Shown: positions 50,282-62,260 of the stretch, piece by piece | Position numbering within the stretch: the first letter of the stretch is position 1 | Layout of the letters: each line of letters begins with the position of its first letter | Assembly (NCBI GenBank): GCA_964019425.1 | Contig: OZ025791.1 | Span: 620,001 to 684,000, forward strand | Origin: Flectonema sp. DT1601 | Lineage: Eukaryota | Length of the DNA stretch: 64,000 bases | Direction: 5' to 3' | Made by a program: the position numbers and the translations under genes | The notes under the pieces: generated by a model | Seen by the model: only the letters and a program-made list of their open reading frames with translations | The model's database searches: none | Told to the model about the DNA's origin: nothing

Positions 50282-53200
50282 ATTCATTATCCCTTCTTTT
50301 CTTTCTTTCTTATTATTTATTTTGTCTTAAATTGGTAATCGCTTCGCTTTCGGCAACTGAGGAGAAACTAAAGAGGTACACAACTCACGGTAGGAGACTG
50401 AAACAAAGCTTGGTCACACCCATCAGATCACTTAATTAAAAGGTTGGGGAGCGGGATTAGTGTCGATAAACTAATGGATAAAATATGGGGAATTTCTATT
50501 TCTTTTCTAAAATAATTGTCTTTGCTACTCTTCTTCCCTTTCTGAGGAGGAGGGTGGGGGGAAAAATCCCAATTTTGATCGGTTATTTGGTTGTTTACTT
50601 CCAGATTGTTCCTCGCAAGGGTGGAAGGGAGGCGTGTCAATGCATGAAGCTATGTTCTCTTTTTTTTTTTAATTTTTTTTTAATCTCTTCGTTTCGTTTT
50701 TCAGATGCAAAAAAAGGGGGAAAAGAAAAACGAGAGAAGGGGAACAATAAGAAAAGAAAAAAAAAAAACAGAATAAGATCCACTTCAATCCTCTCCCTCC
50801 TTCTACCACCAGCGAGAACAAGGGGTGGAAACCATTCCTTAAGTGACAGAACCACTACTGACACCTTGTGGCAGCTGTAATTTATAACCCACGTTTCTCA
50901 AGAGTCAGTAGCATTGTTGATCTTGGTCCAAGCCACTACAAGAATTATTTCTGAACACTTTAAATACGTTAACGTAACACAAAACTAACGGGGTAAGGAA
51001 CGATGAGGTACTCAAAACAGGGACACCGGTGCGTGTTTCGCAAAAAAGCAGGACCTCATCACACAGTACCTTCGTTTTGTGTGTAATCACACCTCCATTT
51101 AAAAAATTACTGCTGCACGATTCACAATTGTGATGCGGATTTTCGCGAATACAGCAGCGTTGCATATCATCACTTGTAATACGCGCTGTATGGAGGGCGA
51201 GCACCGGTGCATGTTTTTTTTTTTTTTTTTTTTCGCAAAAAAAAAAAGGGGGGGGGGGTGAAAAAAGAATAGTGGTGAAAAAAAAAATGGAAAAAGAAAA
51301 TATATTAAATGCTTTGTGTCAAGTTGTTTGTTACTGTTATCAAAGTTAGACGAACAGAAGCTCACAGTTGTCTCATTGCTTTCACTCGACAGTATCACAT
51401 CTACGTCACATTTCACTGTCAAATACGAAGCGAGAAAACTGCTTGATCGCAATTACTTATCTTTGAAGGATGATGAGGACACGACTATTTCTTTTTACAA
51501 GTCACTCAGAAGCAGCTATCCACTGGGGGAAATTGGGTTTTTTTTTTTTTTTTTTTTTTTCCTTCGTCACACTCACACTCAACACATCAACATGTATATT
51601 TTTTTCTCTTTCCGCGATATACCTCATCAGCAGAAGTAATGAAATGACATATGATGTAATTGAGTAAAAATAACCAAAACAGCGGAGAAAAAACCACAAC
51701 TAAGCAGGAACTTATCCCTTCCTTTAATAAATAGATAAGAGAATATGAGAAACTCCGCATCAATACCCAGTCTTTGATGCGAACTCGATACCCATTTTTT
51801 ACTTTGTGATGAATTCTCTACAAGGTATAGAGAAAACAACAGACTTGAGTAGTTTCTTTTTCCATTTTGGCGCTCATTCCTCAGGGAAGGGGGGAGTTTC
51901 GGAGACAAATCAAAAAAAGAAAGAAAAAAAAAAGTAAATAATAATAAAAGATTTACCACAGAAAGGAACCTTCACATATCGTACCAGATTTGTAACATTA
52001 CAATGGGGAGAGTAGAAGAAAAAAAAGTGTCACAAAAAAGAAGAACCAAAAAAGAGGGGAGCCTAAGACTCAAGGCTTGTATTCTTGCTAGTAAAATGGA
52101 GAACACATCTCCCAAGTGAAAAGATAGCTGCCTTCAATGCAGTAAGGTAGCTCTCTTCTAAAAGAGAAACACTACAAAGGAAAATAGCTACGCTAACAAA
52201 AAGGTATCGGAAACCGGGTTCACTTTGCGATGCACGTTGCTATTCAAAGCGAGACTCCAATACTAGTGGACCGTAGTGAGGGAAGCAAGTTATTTTATCC
52301 CGTTTTTTTTTTCTCCTCCCTTCTCTTTTGTATCTTCTTTTTTTTCCCAATCGCACGGATTTTTTTTTTTTTTTCCATTTTTTTTTAAGTTTTTTTTTTT
52401 TTAATTATTTTTTTTATCTTAGTTCGTACGTACTCCGCACTCGATAGAAGCGACGGACTACGACAAACTCAATTTACCTTAAATAAGGAACTGTATGAAA
52501 AGAGGGGGGAAAAAAAAAAGCAGAAAAAAAAAAAAAGAAGAAAAAAAAACCCACTACTGCAGCGTTTCAAAAGACACAGACGTAACATTTATCTCTGAAT
52601 GTGTTGACGTCTACTTATTGATTGGCGTAGCAAAAAAAATAATAAATATCATCTAGCTGTGAAAATATAGACAGAATCAAGTTCTCTTTCTTATATATTT
52701 TTTTTTTTTAATTATGTATATTGGTCCCTTGGCTGCGTCTTGTTTTTTTTTTTTTTTTTCTCCTTTTCTGTCTTTTTTTTTTTTTTTTTTCAACGGTTTT
52801 TTTTAATATGCCAGACAACATAAGTAGTTTTTTTTCTTTTTTTTTTTTTTTTTTTTTTCAGTGTATCACCATTAATCAAACACTCGATTACAACACCCCT
52901 TTTTGAATGTAGGGAAAAAAAATAATAATAATTAAAAAAAAAATTAAAAAAAAATGGAATTAAAAAAATAACATCTTCACATCTTGCCTTGTAATGCTTT
53001 AAAAAGTGATTTAAGAATAAAGTAAATACTGCAATGAAACCACAGTAGGAAAAATAAAATTGAGATAATAAGTCTGATGACGAGATGTGAAGGGGAAGTT
53101 GAAAGCGAGTGCCCATGGTTCAATTACACTGACTTCTGGATTTGTTCACAACTCACTCTTGTTCTTTTTTTTTTTTCGTTCTTTTTTTTAAAATTCAGGA

Positions 53201-56200
53201 ACAGGAGGCGGATATTTGTTAAAACGTAAAACATTTTCTGACGTGGATACGCAAAATTTTTTTTATTAATTTCCCGTATTTTTTTCTTTCTTTTCTTTTT
53301 TTTTTCTTTTCGTTTAAAAAAAAAAAAAAAAAAAGAACTCTGAATTCACAAATTGCTAACAACTTGAACAACACGAATCACACCAATGCCTAAAAGCTGA
53401 GACGTGACCTGGAATAAAACGAAACGCCTTTTAAGCCGAACGACTACCAATTAGAACAATTTTATTATTATTTTTTTTTGAGAAGGAGGAAGGAAACTCA
53501 CTTTTAGTAAGATTCCAACCTGTAAAGGCATCTTTCTTCGTCATTGACATAAGCAGTCTTTCCTCTTGTCTGTGACTTCCAAGAAAGGATATTTTTTATA
53601 ATCGAAAACTAGTGAACTCAGGGAAATATTCAGGGTAATAAACTGTTAACAAGATACGTCAACAAGAACACAACAAAGGCTGCAGCATCCTCACTGCACG
53701 AAGCTATTTAAGCGTGCCATTTGAGGCACTTTCTGACTTGAGGATTAGGGAAGGGTTTGCTTTTATGTTCGCTGAAGGGATTTTTTTTTAATTATGAAAA
53801 AAAAGACACAAAAAGACACAAGCGTATCAATCCAATGCTAAGGTGATACGTATTTTTTTTTTTTTTTTTTTTTTTAAAGATTTAGTGGTTCAAGGCGCCC
53901 GGTTTCGGACCGCCAGAAATTCACAGGTAACCAACCTATGATAGATGGGAGGGAAGGAAATGAGGGCAATATAGTTAGCAACGCCAACAAAAAAAAAAGC
54001 GCGTAAAGCTTCGTGAACCAACGAGCAAATGAGCTTCGAGGGATTAAGAAGTAAAAGAAGGGGGGAAGAAAAAAGATAACTAAGGCTTTATGCACCACAA
54101 TAGTTTCTTGTGGTGTCGTATTCTGTATCCATAACCGGTGCGGCAACACCAAGGTTGCCGCACTGGTTGCCTGTAGTTTTGACTTGTTAGTTCACATGTA
54201 TTTTTAGTTTGTTAGGTCCCCAATGTCCCAAGAAGATTTGTGCCACAGAAAAGTGAAAAATTTTGTTCTTGTTGGGACTTATTGAAAATTTCAAGAAGAA
54301 AAAAAAAAAAAAAAAAAAAAGCTCGAGGTTCACTATGACTAAAAAGATGCAAGTTTCTCGGTTTCTGAAAATTTAAGAAAACGAGCGAATGGCAAATACA
54401 AAAGTCACCCGCTAACCAGAATTAACTGGCTATTCACTTTCTAAGGTTCCCAGAGATTCACTTCATTTCTTTTTTTTTTCCCCATAATTGCGTGTGTGAT
54501 TTCTATCTTAATAAAGAAAAACTACTTTATTTATTTATTTTATTTTATTTATTTATTTATTTATTTATTTAATTTTTTTTTTTTCCCGTCTTCATACTTA
54601 GTGGCCAAGCAATGTTTTTTTTTTGTTTTTTTTTTTCCCCTGCATCTTGGAACGCAGAAAAATAATGTGGCAGTAATGGTTTCACTGGAAGCGAGAAATA
54701 GTGTACACACCAATCAGCGAGCCCGTCAAAAGCAGAATTAGCAGGGCATGTTTGCCGTACTAGTCGAACCCTCGAAATTGGGAAGCACATTACAAGTTTG
54801 TTGGTTTGAAAGTTGGGGCTAAAACAAAAAAGGCGAATCCTAGTAGAACACCAGGGGAAATGGGAATAGGAGATTGAAAAAGGGGGAAAAAAGAAAATCA
54901 TTCCACAATAACGTAGACGCGAAATCTTAAAAACATGAATAAAATAAAAGAAAGAACTTTAGTCTTCAAAGGCTGAAGATAGAAAATAGGTTTGTTATAA
55001 AAATGTCATTTTAAAAGGAATACAATAACAGCAGTTCTTCTGCCGTCTACACTTGTCTGCAAAGTTCTGATCAACGGCTGGAAATTCAGAGTTACAACGC
55101 CAAGAGCTGGCTTTGTTTTTTCTTGTGGAAGCATTTCTTGACACTCGGAGTGATATGGAAAAGACAACAACGAATCAAAAGAAGTGGACACTAGGGCTAC
55201 AAAGCGTTTCCCTAAAATTCCCCACCCCAGACAGTGAAGAAAACAGCAAGAAAGAAAATATCAAAAAAAAGGGGGAAAAAACAGAAGGGGAAATAAAAAA
55301 GGGCGGAAATTTTTTGATGATTGTCTGGAGGGAAAGGACAGCGTTAAAAAACCCTTTTTTTTTTTTTTTTTTTTTCTTTTCCCCCTCCCCCGTAAATTAC
55401 CTTTATCCTCCCCCTCGTCGTTATTTGTTTTGCTGAAAACGTACGCTACCCCCCAACTGGAAAAACTAACGGATGCTTCGGAAATGATAAAAGTAGCCCG
55501 CAACCTATGAAAGCAACAAGGACAATACGGCAAACCCATCGCAAATCCGTAACTAAATTATTTTTCAAAGAAAAATATGTACACTGCTAGCCACGAAAGC
55601 TTTTTTACCAAGCAGCTGCTGGAAGCGAGCGAGCATGCGTGTGCATTGGTGTCATTTATGAGTCACCTCATCCTCGATCTGGCATCACAGAGATTCAAAA
55701 ATATATATAATAATAAACAATAAAAAAAAAATTTAAAAAAAAAAATAACACTTTAATTGCTCAAATAATGTAACGAACGTTTACCAAATCAATGGCATTG
55801 GCGCATTCCAAGTACCACTCATCAGGGAGAGTGACGTCGAGTAAATTGAATTTATTGCAGTTTCTGGCTTAGGTAAGGCAATTTATATCTCCGCTAAGTA
55901 TGGTTCAACTTATTTATATTATTTTCCTGCTTGGGTCACTTGGTTAATTCTTTTTTTTTTTTTTTTTTTTTGATATTTCTGTAAGTGATTTAATTATCCA
56001 AAAGGCTTCTTTAGGATAAAACGTACCAATCGGCATTATTATTTTTTAAAAACTCTTTTTCGGTCACTGCATGTAGGCTAACAGTCTTGTGAAGGGTTTT
56101 ACTCACAGACGGTAAAGCTTGCAGTGTCCCTCAAGTTATGAAAAACTATTGCCCATGATCAATGTATTCTAGTTCAGTAAAAAGTCTACCCTGCGTATGT

Positions 56201-57645
56201 AAATCGGTGTGCTTGCTTTTTTTTTTTTGTTTTTTTTTTTTTTGCTTCTTTTTTTTTTTTTTTTTTAAAACAGACAAAATAATAAACGGGGGCGAAGGAA
56301 ATGGAGGGGGGTGAAAAAATAAAATAATAATAAAAGAAACACAGCCAACGGGACTAACAAAAGCGCACAAGCGTTAAAGAAAGAAAAAACAAGAGGGGTG
56401 AAAATAACAGAGGTGAGTAGGTAAATAAAAAAAGGGGGGGTGGAGAGGGGAGTTCCCTGTTAAACAAGTTCCCTTTATTCATTTCCTTAAAACAAAGTAT
56501 CAACAAGTGTAACTTGCCTCAAGCTACTTTGTGTAGGGGATATGGGAATGTGGGTGCGACCAAGCTTTGTCTTTTCATTTCTCTTTCTCTGTCCTCTTCC
56601 CAAATTCCCATTCTAGGGAACTGAGGGGGGTCGAGGGGAAGGGAGGTTTTTGTTTTCCTTTTTTTCTTTTTTTTGGGAGGTTTTTTTGGGGGGAGAGAAA
56701 AAAAAAAACGACAACTATAAGATAGCAACAGATTATTTTCAGATAAAAAAAAATTTTTTTTCTTTTTTTGGAATCGGGAAGGGTATTTTGATTCGTTTTC
56801 CTTACTTCTTTCTTTTTTGATTATTCCGTACCTTTATTTGATTTCAAAATGAAACTAAGAAAAGAAACACAGAAAGCCGATGCGACTGCGCACCATACTC
56901 AATGTTAGTACGCATATAGTAAGAAAAAAAAAATTAATTTTTTTCTCCCTTTTTTTTCCGTTAAGAAATTCCTTGAGGATCTCTTTGATTTCTCGTTTAT
57001 TTTATTTTTATTTCTAAGTTTTTTTTTTTTTTTTTTTTTTTTCTGCTGCTTTTCGTTTTTTTTTTTTTTTTTTTTAAAACACTTTAACTGCATATTTCCC
57101 ATCATTCTTCCTTATTTTCTTCTTTTTTAATTTCCTTGTTTTTTTTTTTTTTAAATCTTATTTGTTTTCTCTTCAGAAAAATTGGTTAAGAAATACATGC
57201 GCGCAGTCTCACAATCCGGTGGTACCATCGGGAAAAAAAAATCTTTCAGAGGTGCACGTTTCTTCTCCCTACATCCCATAAAGAAGTAAGCCTCCATACA
57301 GTTGTACAAAAAGAAAAAGAATAGAAGTGAGACTATTTGTTAAACAATTACTATTAAAAAAGGCCTAATGGACAAATACACCACTGGATTATTTTGTTCG
57401 TTTTTTTTTTTTTTTTTTGGTTTGATTCAAACGCCGAAATAAATAACGATGGGAGACGGAAAGCAGTCACACAGCAGAAAAAGAAATAGGGACAAAAAAA
57501 AAAAAAAGAAAAGAAAATTATTATAAAAGAAAAAAAAGAAACCACCCTTTGGGCCGTAAACCTTTTTATACAGGGGTGAGAAACTAAGGAAAGGGGAAAT
57601 TATCAATTTTTTTTTTTTTTTTTTTTTAAATTAGCTGATGGAAAC

Positions 57646-59250
57646 CTACAGATCCTCTTCGTCAGAAGAGGCGGCGGCAAAGTCGTTCATTTCTGCCTGG
57701 TCGAAGGTCTCGTATCTCTGGTTGTTTTTGTTGAGCTCGAGCTCGTTCTTGTTCTTCCAAATAGCGTATCCGAGGGCTCCGAGGCAGAGAGCCATGAGAA
57801 GCCAGAGAAGGATAAACAACCAAAGGTACAGGCAGAATCCGATGTCAAGACCATCACAGCAGTCACTGCTACCACCTTCACCACCAGCAGCTCCTCTGAC
57901 ACTTGGTGACTGAACTTCATCAATGACGAATCCCTCATCTCTCTTGTCAACAAATTCATTGTGGCTGTCAATACGTCTCCACACTGGAGTACCTCCCAAA
58001 CTCATTTCCTGTCTGCATACCATGTAGGCAGCCTTGTTAATACCAGCCTCGGTATTAATCATCATCTCTCCATCAGCAACATCCATTGATGATCTGTCAA
58101 AGATGAAGTCTGTGATGGTGGCTCTGTTGTCACCACTCATTACAACACCTCCATCAATCATTACACCCTTTGGACATGCAGTTGTTGGATTAATAAACTG
58201 TCTGGTCTCATTGAAGCGACAAGTTGCAACGAAATCTCTTTCGTTGTTGTTTTCACACTCGTTTGGGGTTTCAGTGTTTCCAGATTTGTATTGTGGAACG
58301 ACGAGGTACTTATCAGTCCTATTTTGTTTAGTTTGGTTTGATTTCACTAATACACGCTTGCTGATGATACTACTACAACATAAACATAAACATAAACATA
58401 AACATAAACATAAACATAAACATAAACATAAACATAAACATAAACATAAACATAAACATAAACATAAACATAAACATAAACATAAACATAAACATAAACA
58501 TAAACATAAACATAAACATAAACATAAACATAAACATTACATACTCCTTTAGATCACAACCTACAACAAGGACGTTGAATCTGTTTCCTGTCACCGGACG
58601 GTTAGGAAATGGAGTGTACATGTGAGGACCTGTTTGAGTGTTATTTCATTAAAAAACTGTTACGCTATTTAATTACTACTATAAAGTAAAGTAATAAAAG
58701 AGGGAAAAGATTATTCCCATTACCCCCCTCTTCGAAAAGCTATTCCAGTTGTGCAGTTTAAATAAAATAATCACACCATTTGGTAGACAATTCTTTGGGA
58801 ATCTGCAGTAAGTAACAGGGTCCAGAGTACTCTTTCTGCAAGTTGCGCATGGGAAGACATCTGTTCCATTAACGTTTCCACAAACACCTTCTGCTCCACA
58901 TCCGTATGGTGCAGGTCTTCCGTTGTAGCAAACAGATCCAGGCCTTGTGTCTGTGTGTGTTTTGTTTTGTTTTGTTTTGTTTTTTTTGATTTTTTTTTTT
59001 TCAATAATAACGGCTATACTGTAAACGTAGACATACTAGTACAAATACCCTCCTCGATACCTCCATAGAAACCCTTGGCACAAACGGTACACTGACGTGC
59101 CTCGTCAAGATCCCATCCCTTATGGCAGACACAGCACCCGTTTACTTCATCACCGCGATTGCAGCTTAGAGTCGTTGCTGGAGACACACCCATGGCCATT
59201 TGACTCAGGCTAAGCCCCAAGATGACGAACAAAACACTAGTGAGCTGCAT
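57646..59250 (-). CDS. Type I membrane protein with signal peptide and Cys-rich EGF-like N-terminus, 4 exons
   Basis: CVCHKGW...CTVCAKGFYG. Donors GTATGT, GTGTGA and GTATGT with CAG/TAG acceptors keep the frame through to a C-terminal TM and acidic tail. Confidence 0.75.
58377..58537. repeat. (AAACAT)n microsatellite, ~26 units, intronic
   Basis: Perfect hexamer run immediately after the donor at ~58543. Confidence 0.95.
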
Positions 59251-60548
59251 ATTAATAATTAACTACTTCGAGTTTAATACAACACTGTCGAAAAGAATTG
59301 TATGGAAATTTAAAAAAAAAAAAAAAAATTTAAAAAAAATTGCCGTACTGGATATTTATATCAAACAAACACAACAAAAACACATCAACTCACACCCGGT
59401 GTGGAATAATTCATGGGCGGGATTCTGAATTTTTAGTTTTTTTTTTTTTTTTTTATCTCAAAATGATCGATAATCGTTGTGATCGTAGTTGCGACAGGAG
59501 TTTGACAGGTAAAGCTGGGGTAAGCTAAACACTGGAAAAAAGAAGGGAAAAAAGAGACAGAATAAAAAAAAGGGGAGTTCCGTAAAAATGAAGTTCCTCA
59601 GCAACTTGACTACAGCTCGAACACAGTGGTCGTTGACAGCAACGGAACACGGCCACCCCTTCAAAAAAAAAGGAACGAAAAAGGATACAATAAGTGAACC
59701 GTATAATAATTGCGATATATATTTTTTTTTTTTTCCATTTCTTTCCTTTCTTTGGTTCACTCTCTGGTTTTTATTATTATTATTTCGTTCTTTTTTTTTT
59801 CCTTGTTCATTTTATTATGTGTGTTGTTTTTCGGAAATGAACACCAAACAACACGACAAAAAAAAAAGCTATTTTCTCTTTTCTTTTTTTTTTTTTCCCT
59901 TTGAATTCTTCGGAACAATACCTGCCTGCAGTTGCAGAAGAGATATTGTATGTAGTCAGTTCACGGCTATATTTCTCCCTCTATCCATGAAGGTGATCGC
60001 CGCTTGACCAAAGTGGAATGCTGCTATAAATTGACCTTTTTTTTTTTTTTCTTTCGCTATCTGATGCCAATTAGCAGCAGCCTGTTTCACACTTAAAAAA
60101 AAAAAAGTCTCCATAATAAATGAAGAGAACAAAATCACTGGCGGCTTTTTAATAATAATTTATCAAAGCCTTTATCGGCAGTGAAAAGAGTAGCTTCAGG
60201 CAGGATACTAATCTCTACATAGCAGAGGAGCTCGATGTGGTGCAGTTAGGCTTCTTCCAAAAAGGTTTCCAGTTGTTGGATTCTTAACAGAGTGACTTCG
60301 AACTGTTGGAATTTATTATTTCCTGCGATAAGATGTTAATCTCCTCTACTTACTACTGGTTAAGTACAATACAAAAACATACATTTTGCAGATCTCGAGG
60401 GAGGAGACTGCACCATGGTATTCGCGCTGCGAGCACTTCGGGATCGGTTCAGCGACTTTGACGATGCGGATCGTTTTTTACGAGGGGTACTCCCGAGTGA
60501 TTTGGTGGTACTTCTGTTTGTGTTAAATTTTTTTTTTTTTTTTTAAAA

Positions 60549-61928
60549 TTAACTTTTGAAAGAAAAAGAAAATAATAATTCATACCCACAACTGTCAGCG
60601 GTAACCGACGGAGGTGCAAGTTGCTGTTTTAGTTGTTCGGACTTCTTCTTTTCGGCTTCGAACAAACTTTTCATTTCAAGCATTTCTTGTGATGCCGCAA
60701 AAGATTCAATTTCTAACCTCCGAATTACTTTATCTCGATCTCTAATATTCAAGCGAAGGGTTGCTTCTGTTTCTTTTGCAAATTGCATACTGGCAGTGAG
60801 TAGTTTACTTTGAATATGATGATCTTCTAAATCCTGTTTGAGCTGTAGATTTGTTTGTTTCATATGTCGATGTTGAGCAGCTTTGGTAGATAGTTCCTGC
60901 TCCAGTTTTAAAACAAGTTTTTCAGTTGCGTCTAACCTTCCCAAAACAATACTGTACTTGTGTTCCGATTCGTTAGCAATGCTACCTTGGGGTGTTGTCG
61001 CAGACTCAGGTAAGAAAACTTCTCTTCTGGGAGATCCAGTTGGTGATCCGTTAATGACAAGTGATAAGATGCTTTCCTTTTCGCTCACAAAGACTGGTTC
61101 TGCGAATTTCTTTAATGCTTCAAAACAGTTTGGCACGCCAGCATCCAGAAGCAGAAAAATAATCGGAATCCCGCAACCGGGATCGGAAGTCCCATTCTGT
61201 ACATCATTATCATCATCATCATCACCACAGTCTTCATCAGAAAGAAAGTAATGAGATAGAAGTTCATTCAGGTCTGAGTCTCGGTAGCTTTTAGGATTCT
61301 GAAAAGGTGTCAACGTCGTTAGCTGTTCTCCACCAACCGGATCGAAGACATCTAAATGAGCGTCAAGCCTTTGCATTCCGTAGTATAAAACAAAATTAAA
61401 TCTTACTAATAAGGATTCCTTATCTGTTTTTCTTGCGTTTAATGCTGTCTTTAGGATATCAAGGAAGGAATCAGTTGATTCAAGTAGCTTTTCTGAAGCA
61501 CCAATGATTCTGGTGTAGCCTGAGTTGCTTGTTCGAAGTTTTACTTTTGATGTTATTGGAGGGTGTTTTAAGAGGAGATCAGCAAATGAATAATGATCGC
61601 TACCATGACTCAGAATCGAAACTGTTATAGTGCTGTGACGTGCATCAGCTTGTCGAGCTAAGAGATCGGTGGCTAATCGCATGACTAGTCCAAACGGACT
61701 AAAAACATCATTAGCTCTCGTGCTTCCACCTCCGTTTACAATAAATAATGAACTGGTTCTGTCCCATAATCTATCAATCGCTTCTTTACAAGTCTTTCCC
61801 CAATTTCCTCTTCCTCCAGTTATCACTTCGTCAACTTCGAACTCCTCACCTTCAGCACAAACTCTGTTATTTTCATTAAAAGTGATATCACCACCTACAC
61901 GAGCAACCACCCTATGGTGTTGGGGCAT
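60549..61928 (-). CDS. Degenerate kinesin-like motor domain plus coiled coil; probably continues in a short exon below 60513
   Basis: RVVARV, FDPVGGE (cf. DLAGSE) and SYRDSDLNELL (cf. PYRDSKLT); no intact P-loop. A GTATGA donor lies near the ORF end. Confidence 0.65.
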   Translation of the reverse strand: MPQHHRVVARVGGDITFNENNRVCAEGEEFEVDEVITGGRGNWGKTCKEAIDRLWDRTSSLFIVNGGGSTRANDVFSPFGLVMRLATDLLARQADARHSTITVSILSHGSDHYSFADLLLKHPPITSKVKLRTSNSGYTRIIGASEKLLESTDSFLDILKTALNARKTDKESLLVRFNFVLYYGMQRLDAHLDVFDPVGGEQLTTLTPFQNPKSYRDSDLNELLSHYFLSDEDCGDDDDDNDVQNGTSDPGCGIPIIFLLLDAGVPNCFEALKKFAEPVFVSEKESILSLVINGSPTGSPRREVFLPESATTPQGSIANESEHKYSIVLGRLDATEKLVLKLEQELSTKAAQHRHMKQTNLQLKQDLEDHHIQSKLLTASMQFAKETEATLRLNIRDRDKVIRRLEIESFAASQEMLEMKSLFEAEKKKSEQLKQQLAPPSVTADSCGYELLFSFSFKS

Positions 61929-62260
61929 TAAGAACCCTATTTACAAACAGAACATAAAATATGAATAATGAGGTACTGTGAAAAGTAATTATTTATCTTT
62001 ACGTGGACACAACAAGAAATGGCAAAGTTCTCACAAGTCTAAAAATAGGTTTTGGTAGCATACAAAACACAACACAGAAGGGACACAACTGCTATGACCA
62101 GGGAAAGGGGGATGTGATCTAATGGCGCTACAGAATCTAAGAAAGCTTCTCAATTGAAAACTTTAAAAAAGCCAATTTTTAAAAAAAATAATTCTACGAA
62201 ATGAAACAATATAATTCCTATCCTCCATAAAAAGAAGGATGGCGGCAGGGATTATTATTT

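Noticed and set aside
49530..57545. Numerous 60-130 aa Phe/Lys-rich ORFs
   Set aside because: They are translations of poly(T)/poly(A) runs with no domain features.
58034..58621. Poly-HK / poly-MF proteins
   Set aside because: They are translations of an intronic (AAACAT)n microsatellite.
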